The notes beneath the pieces were generated by a model. The model saw only the letters and a program-made list of their open reading frames with translations. It did no database searches and had not been told where the DNA came from. A stretch of DNA of 64,000 bases from Octopus vulgaris (Eukaryota). Below are positions 55,081 through 64,000 of this stretch, piece after piece (the first letter of the stretch is position 1; every line of letters starts with the position of its first letter). The translations under genes and the position numbers were made by a program. The stretch is from positions 145,390,001 to 145,454,000 of the forward strand of contig OX597818.1 of NCBI GenBank assembly GCA_951406725.2. Direction: 5' to 3'.

Positions 55081-56324
55081 AAGTGGATTTTGAGTATACT
55101 GAAAATCAGGGCCGCAAAGATTCGTAGTTAAATACTGCATGGTATTTTGTACACTGCTCGTCCGATTCTCCGACCTTCCATCATGTTGACTAATGATTCT
55201 ACCAATCTTCAGATCTATATTTAATATAAATATTGTTATTAATAATGCCAGTATTATTAGAAGGCGGTGAGTTGGTAAAATTATTAGCACGCCGGGAAAC
55301 ATTCTTAATGTCCGACGTTACGTCCTGAGATCAAATTCCACCATTTCGGGTTCGATAGAATAAGTATCAGTTGATACTGAAATTTCTGACCTTGCGCCAA
55401 AATTTGAAATCAATAATATCAGTGTTATTAATAACGTTAAAGGCAGTGAAAAATACTCAGCAACATTCGTTCTGGCTCTACAAATTGTGCAGAGGTCGAC
55501 TTTACCTTTTATCATTTTGGGTCGATAAAATAAGTACTAGTTCAACATTGGAGTCGATGAAATCGACCAGATCTTCTTCCTAGATTGCAGGCCTGTGGTG
55601 ATCTTTAAAAAATATTATTATTAATGTTTATAAAATTTAATCAGCATTAATAATACTAATGATGTTAGTATAATTGATAATCTTTTCAGTCATAAGCAAA
55701 AGGCCTGAAAAATTAGGAGATGGGGGACAGTCGATTACATTGACCACACTGCTCAACTGGTACTTAATTCATCGACCCTGAAAGGATGAAAGGCAAAGTC
55801 GCCCTGGGCGGAGTTCGAACGCAGAAAGTAGAGATGGACGAAATGCTGGTAAACATTTTCTCCGGCACGCTAACGGTTCTGACTCTTCACCGCCTTAGTA
55901 TTACTAAAATAATTCTAATGATATGTTATTGACTATTGAGGGAGTAGTGAACTTGGAATGTGAAATGAAATATTATAAACCATCAGATTGCATATATCAA
56001 CAGTGTCTGCCAAATAGTCACCGATAGCAAGACTAGTATTAAATGAGCAGCGCTAGAGAGCTGGAGAGACACAATAACCTAGATCTGGATGATAAGGAAG
56101 TATAAAGTGAAGTCGTTTTGAAAAGAATTGTAAAATATCCTGAAAAAAAACACATGCAAGAAACTGGAAAAAATCTCTTGCATAATTATTGAAGAATGCG
56201 AAAAGAACATACGATCAAACTGGCAAAATCCGAAAGACATATTCTCGCCATCTTTAAATCAAAAGAAAGACGTGATTGTGTGGTGTTGACTTTGATCAAA
56301 GCCTATATTGATGAAAATTCGCTT

Positions 56325-56378
<54 letters not shown>

Positions 56379-56946
56379 TATCATTTAGACGTTAGATAAA
56401 TGCATTAGATATACATATGCGCATCGCACGTACGTAATACATATATGTGTATGTGGGTGTAATCTTATTCAATTCTTATATCTTTCGTGTTTTATTAACA
56501 AACTTACGATTTGGAAACTTTGATCAGAAAAATGTAATTTTAAAACATAGAACGAAATAATAAAATAAATTTTTATTTGTTGATCACAAAAAAAAGGGGG
56601 GAAAGAAAAAGAAATTGCAAAATAAATAAAATAACCAATAAAGCCTATCTAATATCTCTCAAAGCTCTTGAGCTAAGTTCAATGCAAGTTCATTCATTCT
56701 ACTTCCTTATTTTTTGTTCGGTAAAAATATATGTATAGGTACTGTTTAATTCACACATACACGCACGCACACAGACACACACACACTCTCTCTCTCACAC
56801 ACACACATACACACACAAACACGCACGCACACATGCACGCAGGAACTCACGCACACACAATCACACATATATGCGCATAGCTATAAGCACACACACACAT
56901 ACGCATATATATAAATATGTATGTATGTGTAAGTGTGCGTGTATAC

Positions 56947-56993
<47 letters not shown>

Positions 56994-57123
56994 CATATAT
57001 ATATATATATATATGTATTTTTTATGTATATATTATATATGTACATATATATAATATATATACATATATATGTTATATATATATATTATATATATGTGTG
57101 TATATATACATATATATATACAC

Positions 57124-57193
<70 letters not shown>

Positions 57194-57857
57194 TAAAGAC
57201 AAAAGATAAAGATATATATATATATATATATACACAAAGACAACTAGATAGAACGATATGTAAAGAAGTGAAGAGTATTCCTCATTGTACCGAAATCAGC
57301 TCAAGGCTCTTGATAGATTGTGTCTTGTTGTATGGTATTTTTTATATTTTATTATTATTATTATTTCTTTGTTTTTATGCTAAAAAATCTTTAAAAATTT
57401 TTATTATTTTCCAGTTAATTTTTTAATGCTTTTTTCTTAACAAAATTTGCAAATCGAAACTTTGTTAATAATACACACAAAATAAGAATTAAATCAGAGA
57501 GAGGAATGATTGATTGATTGATCAATGTGTGTATGTGTGTGTGTGTGCATACGTACACACACGTGCACACACAGACACACATGTATAATATCATGCATAT
57601 ATACATTCATATACATAGATACAATATATGTATGTATTTATGGCTGTATACGTGTGTATGCTTGCACATATCCATAGATCCATAGATATACATAGATGTA
57701 GGTATTTATGTACGAATGTGCATATACATATATGTGTGTGTGTGTATAGATATGTGTGTTTGTATATATACGTGTGTATATATATGTGTATATATATATA
57801 CATGCATACATATATATATATATATATGTATACAGACATGTATATATATAAATATAT

Positions 57858-57898
<41 letters not shown>

Positions 57899-57949
57899 TT
57901 CATCTTAGCTTCGTATTTTTATTACACACACACACACACACAAATATGT

Positions 57950-58031
<82 letters not shown>

Positions 58032-58032
<1 letters not shown>

Positions 58033-58180
58033 GAGGCGCGTGGCTTAGTGGTTAGGGTGTCAGCATCATGATCGTAAGATTGTGGTTTCGATTCCTGGAC
58101 CGGGCTACCCGTTGTGTTCTTGAGCAAAACACTTCATTTCACGTTGCTCCAGTCCACTCAGCTGGCAAAAATGAGTAACA
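58032..58180 (+). mobile_element. tRNA-derived SINE (CORE/Meta-like body)
   Basis: ggaggcgcgtggcttagtggttagggtgtcagc...ggtttcgattcctggaccggg...tgtgttcttgagcaaaacacttcatttcacgttgctccagtccactcagctg. Confidence 0.8.
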
Positions 58181-58865
58181 CTCCCGGGTATTTAGCGGTG
58201 GTGGGGGATAAAACACAAAGATATACACACATATACATGTTTCGGGTGCTTTGGGTCTAGTCTCCGGGAAAATGAAAAACGTCATTGGAAATAAAATAGA
58301 GCAAGAGACGAAATTCCGAACTCCTGGAGAAGTACAACGTCGATTTTTCCGGAACGTTTCAAAGTTCTTCCAGGTCACTGGTTTTTTCGAACCTGGGGTT
58401 GTAACTTGGGTCAATACACTCTAAATTTAACCACTAGTAAATCTACATAAATGATTAAATGAAATACAGGTACTTGCACTTTGATATCAAAGGTACAAGT
58501 TTCTTAATACTGCAAGCTACTGCTCTCTGCAAGCTACCTGCAAAAGAAGGTCGGTGGTCGCAGGAATTTGAATTTCCTCTTCCTAAGTTTGTGAGGATTA
58601 TAATTACGAACCATCTATCTTCGGAAATTGGTGTACAAGCAGCAGTAGTAGTAGTAGTAGTAGTAGTAGTTCTTCTTCTTCTTCTTCTTCTTCTTCTTCT
58701 TCTTCTTCTTCTTCTTCTTCTTCTTCTTCTTCTTCTTCTTCTTCTTCTTCTTCTTCTTCTTCTTCTTCTTCTTCTTCTTCTTCTTCTTCTTCTTCTTCAT
58801 CAAGCCCAGGTCAGTTCTATATGAAGCAAGCCTGTGATATAAAACATTTCGATTATGAACATCCC

Positions 58866-59011
58866 ACTTTTTTTTTTTTTCCTCTTTATTTCCCGCAAAG
58901 TAAGTCCAGTGGATTGGCAGCGTCGTTGGAGCGCTGACCTCGATGACATTTGAACTCGAAACAGTAAGAGCAGCATGGAACAGTGCAATAGAGCTGAACT
59001 GAGTCTGAATA

Positions 59012-59098
<87 letters not shown>

Positions 59099-59138
59099 AC
59101 CGACGCCGCTGCTGCTGCCGCCGCCGCTGCTGCTGCTG

Positions 59139-59178
<40 letters not shown>

Positions 59179-59798
59179 AACGACGACGGTGACCACCACC
59201 ACCACCACTACAACCACCAACACTACCGGCACTACCACCACAATTACTAATACCACCACCACCACCACCACCACCACTAACATTATAATTCCATCTGATG
59301 CTCTAATTTAATTCGAGTGATGTCTTTCATTTCCCCGACATCGATAAATAAAAAAAAAGAGTTAAGTCCGATTTTGTAAAAAAAACCAAAACAAAGAAGC
59401 AAAAAAAAGAAAGCAACAGCAAAAAAGCTATCAGTCAATTAGATCGACTGTGGTATGTCAGTAGAATGTAATGTTATCAGCAATCCCTTTGCCTCCGGGG
59501 GTGATGGGAAACAACAAGAAGAAAAAAAGAACGAGTCACGTAGGGGTTCGACACTGTAGCAGCCATACTAAAGTAAATATGGGTCGGGAATCATTGAGGG
59601 AAAAACATTCTAAAATTAGGGATTTCTGTATTACTGACATCGATTTCATCGAACCCAATACATAAATATCAATTTATGAAAAATGATAGGTTAGCAGTTA
59701 AAGGGATCATCGTCGCTAGGAGTGAACGTAAAAGGGTCACAGTTAAATGTTGTAAGGTATTGGTGATGGTAGTGGTGGTGGTGGTCACCGTCGTCGTT

Positions 59799-59829
<31 letters not shown>

Positions 59830-59839
59830 CAGCGGCAGC

Positions 59840-59920
<81 letters not shown>

Positions 59921-60062
59921 TATTCAGACTCAGTTCAGCTCTATTGCACTGTTCCATGCTGCTCTTACTGTTTCGAGTTCAATTTTCATCGAGGTCAGCG
60001 CTCCAACGACGCTGCCAATCACTGGACTTACTTTGCGGGAAATAAAGAGGAAAAAAAAAGAA
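58866..60062. repeat. Inverted duplication (~300-360-bp arms, ~530-bp spacer) of unique sequence plus compound TAC/TGC microsatellite
   Basis: ~58866-59224 is approximately the reverse complement of ~59757-60062. Confidence 0.85.
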
Positions 60063-60165
60063 GTATTTACTGTCTCTCCGCTATCCTGGCACCAATCTGA
60101 ATATTACAAGATATGTATTGTCTCTGGTGTTTGAGTTTCAATAATTTTAAGCAAAACACTCATTT

Positions 60166-61730
60166 ACATACATACATACATACATACATGCATACATACA
60201 TACATGCATACATACATACATACATGCATACATACATACATACATACATACATACATACATACATACATACATACATGCATGCATACATACATACATACA
60301 TACATACATACATACATACATACATACATACATACATACATACATACATACATACATACATACATACATGCATGCATACATACATCTTCTTCTACATACA
60401 TACATACATACATACATACATACATACATACATACATACATACATACATACATACATACATACATACATACATACATACATACATACATACATACATACA
60501 TACATACATACATACATACATACATACATACATACATACATACATACATACATACATACATACATACATACATACATACATACATACATACATACATACA
60601 TACATACATACATACATACATACATACATACATACATACATACATACATACATACATACATACATGCTGCATACATACATACATACATACATACATACAT
60701 ACATACATACATACATACATACATACATACATACTACTACTACTACTACTACATACATACATACATACATACATACATACATACATACATACATACATAC
60801 ATACATACATACATACATACATACATACATACATACATACATACATACATACATACATACATACATACATACATACATACATACATACATACATACATAC
60901 ATACATACATACATACATACATACATACATACATACATACATACATACATACATACATACATACATACATACATACATACATACATACATACATACATAC
61001 ATACATACATACATACATACATACATACATACATACATACATACATACATACATACATACATACATACATACATACATACATACATACATACATACATAC
61101 ATACATACATACATACATACATACATACATACATACATACATACATACATACATACATACATACATACATACATACATACATACATACATACATACATAC
61201 ATGCATACATACATACATACATACATACATACATACATACATACATACATACATACATACATACATACATACATACATACATACATACATACATACATAC
61301 ATACATACATACATACATACATACATACATACATACATACATACATACATACATACATACATACATACATACATACATACATACATACATACATACATAC
61401 ACTCTATTGCATACATACATACATACATACATACATACATACATACATACATACATACATACATACACACATACATACATACATACACACATACATACAT
61501 ACATACATACATACATACATACATACATACATACATACATACATACATACATACATACATACATACATACATACATACATACATACATACATACACACAT
61601 ACATACATACATACATACATACATACATACATACATACATACATACATACATACATACACACATACATACATACATACATACATACATACATACATACAT
61701 ACATACATACATACATACATACATACATAC
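60166..61730. repeat. (TACA)n array, ~1.56 kb
   Basis: Direct reading; source of the 400-550 aa pseudo-ORFs. Confidence 0.95.
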
Positions 61731-61827
61731 GTGTGCATGTGTGCGTGCGACATCTTTCAGAAGAGATTTCGTCAAAGAGTATTAGCTAATAATCTCAAAC
61801 GCACAAACACACACACATTCGTACATG

Positions 61828-63040
61828 TTCGATGGTCGGCTAAGACGTTCATAGGCTGACCAAGATACTCTCATGGGATATAATTAAATGAAGCTCGTTT
61901 TTCAATATAGCCTCCCTTAATGTCCACACACTTCTTCCATCAGTGTTGTAGCGCATGGATCCCATTGGTGTATAAACTTTCAACCTGTAGGTGACAAAAA
62001 TCATGAACAGCAGGTATGATGTCATCATCACTGCCATACTAGTTCCCGACCAAGTACATTTTTCCTGCTGAGGAATAGATGATAATTAGGTGAGGCAAAT
62101 CAGGAGAATAGGGTGGGTGATCAAGCAGTTCGAAGCGACAGTCACGCACAGAAGCCCTTGAAACCAAGGGCTTGTGTGCTGGAGCATTAACCTCAAGAAA
62201 CAAGGCCCTTTTCAATAGCTTTCCTGGGCGTTTGGTCATGATAAACATTCGTAACTACCTCAGCAAGTTGGCATAGTTCTGTCCATTGTTAGTGCGGCCC
62301 TTTAGAAATAAGCACAGTGCCTTTTGCATCCCAAAAAACTGAGGCAATCACCTTCCTTACAGATGAAATGACCTTGGTCTTCTTTGGAGCACGAGAGGAG
62401 GGCGTTTCCACTGCTTCCATTGTCTCTTTGTTTCTTGTTCAAAGTGACGAAGCCTGGGTTTGGGAATCGTTCAAGGAAAGCAACTGGATCGGCCTGGCGT
62501 GCATTTGATCAGGTGCCAGAACTTAGCGAGCAGAAACCTTGTAGCACCTAGCGAGCAGAAACCTTCCTCATGCCAAGTTCATTGTGTAGAATATTCTTCA
62601 CTGCCACACAGAATATGCAAACACCATTGGCTATTTGATTGATAGTCAGTTACCTGTCATACATCACCGTGTGGTGAACACAATCATTGTTTTCCCCGAG
62701 GGTGGCAATTGCAGGACGTCCAGACCTTGAGTCATCTTCGAGACTCTCTCTTCCCCTTTTAAATTTAGCAGATCAATCTTACACTGTTAATAAAGCTAGA
62801 GCGTCATCCCTTAATGTAGAATTCATGTTAGCAAGAATTCTTTGGGGGTTAAACCTTTATTGTGCATGAACTTGATTACACCACAATGATAAATTTTGTC
62901 CATTTTCAAGAGAAATCGCTGGTAGTTTCTTTTGAAGTCTTCTTGAAATAGTTAGAACTCAGTTTATCTGGAAAGAAACAATCCAGTTATTAAGAAGGGT
63001 TGAAATTAACGCATGTAAACTTTCACAGCCCACCCTCATA
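61828..63040 (-). mobile_element. Mariner element, near full length, decayed
   Basis: NAPAHKP...FELLDHPPYSPDL; degenerate TIRs cgatggtcggctaagacgttca / aaactttcacagcccaccctcata. Confidence 0.85.
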
Positions 63041-63671
63041 CACACGCACATACACATACATTCACACACACACACATATGCATAAATGTTATGTGTCCGT
63101 GTCACTTCTTGAGGTGTAAACAGGTGTAAATCTTTTGTGATAAGCAGTACTTAGGGGAAGTAACTCTTAATAAGGGACATAACTCAAGTAAACTCATCAA
63201 TTAAAAAACAGAGTTTATATAATGAATACAACAATGCACTTTATCTCGATATATTTGAGAAATATCCTTCAAGTTACCGGCCAAGAAGGGTTGCTGTACA
63301 ATAATTGCAACCAATGAATGAATTAATAAATTGTTATATATAGTAGAAAATAGAGATTTGGCACGTTCGTGGTTTTGCCAAGGACAATAGCTGTCAATGT
63401 CGACTGTCCACTAAAGAAATCGAAACCTTACATTGTTTTTTCCTCTCTACTATAGATTTATCTCTTTATCACTTTCACTTTCTTTATCTATCTTCATTGT
63501 TTTGCTCTCATTGTCATATCTTTTATATTTTACATTTCTTTCTTGCTTTCATTTTTTAAAAAAAATGTCTCTTCCACATTCTTTCGTTATTCCTTTATAA
63601 CTGCTTATCATTTATTCGTTCATTCCTCTTCCTTCCCACCAATCAAATTCATTTTCCCCTCCTTCTTTCCT

Positions 63672-63727
<56 letters not shown>

Positions 63728-64000
63728 ACCTTCCTTTCCTTTGCTCTCAAATTTTCCAGCCATGTCGTTTAGAAGTGTTACCTCGCTATAGAAAGCCTCT
63801 ACGTCAACACTCGGTCTGCTAGAAGAGACCGACAAATATTTCTCAAATAAATTCATACAGCTCACATTGGACAATGCTAACGAGTAGAGTCGTAACGTCT
63901 AGAATCCATCTTGAACTTCTCTCCCAAAAATATTTCAATCTGCTCCTAGTATCTTATGAAATAGACGGCGTGAAACTAAGTCAAATTTTTATCAATATAT

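Noticed and set aside
58930-58972. cgatga...tcgaaacagta hammerhead-like words in the inverted duplication
   Set aside because: Stem II does not pair and the core is non-canonical
60113-61859. 400-558 aa ORFs (HTYI/MYVC repeats)
   Set aside because: Translations of the (TACA)n array, which has no stop codons; not genes

Overview
This is AT-rich eukaryotic (animal) intronic or intergenic DNA, extremely dense in microsatellites. The SINE families and repeat landscape suggest an octopus/coleoid cephalopod (inference). No intact protein-coding gene is evident; nearly all long ORFs in the track are translated microsatellites. Recognisable content: decayed non-LTR retrotransposons (several R4/Dong-like RT and restriction-like endonuclease pieces, RTE, CRE-like, L1/Tx1-like, CR1/L2-like), a decayed Penelope-like element (RT + GIY-YIG), four Tc1/mariner remnants and many tRNA-derived SINEs. 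The most notable signal is a set of about ten short non-coding inserts in or beside (TA)n tracts. Many are fold-back hairpins with a one-sided tail, one is a 324-nt tandem unit, and most carry a type I hammerhead ribozyme core (stem I - CUGANGA - stem II - GAAA - short, often palindromic stem III - NUH - stem I') in several apparently unrelated sequence families. These look like non-autonomous Penelope-pLTR/retrozyme-like RNA elements. Two regions (17.5-19.5 kb and 58.6-61.7 kb) show signs of assembly or consensus chimerism. All folds and homologies were read by eye and are not computationally verified.
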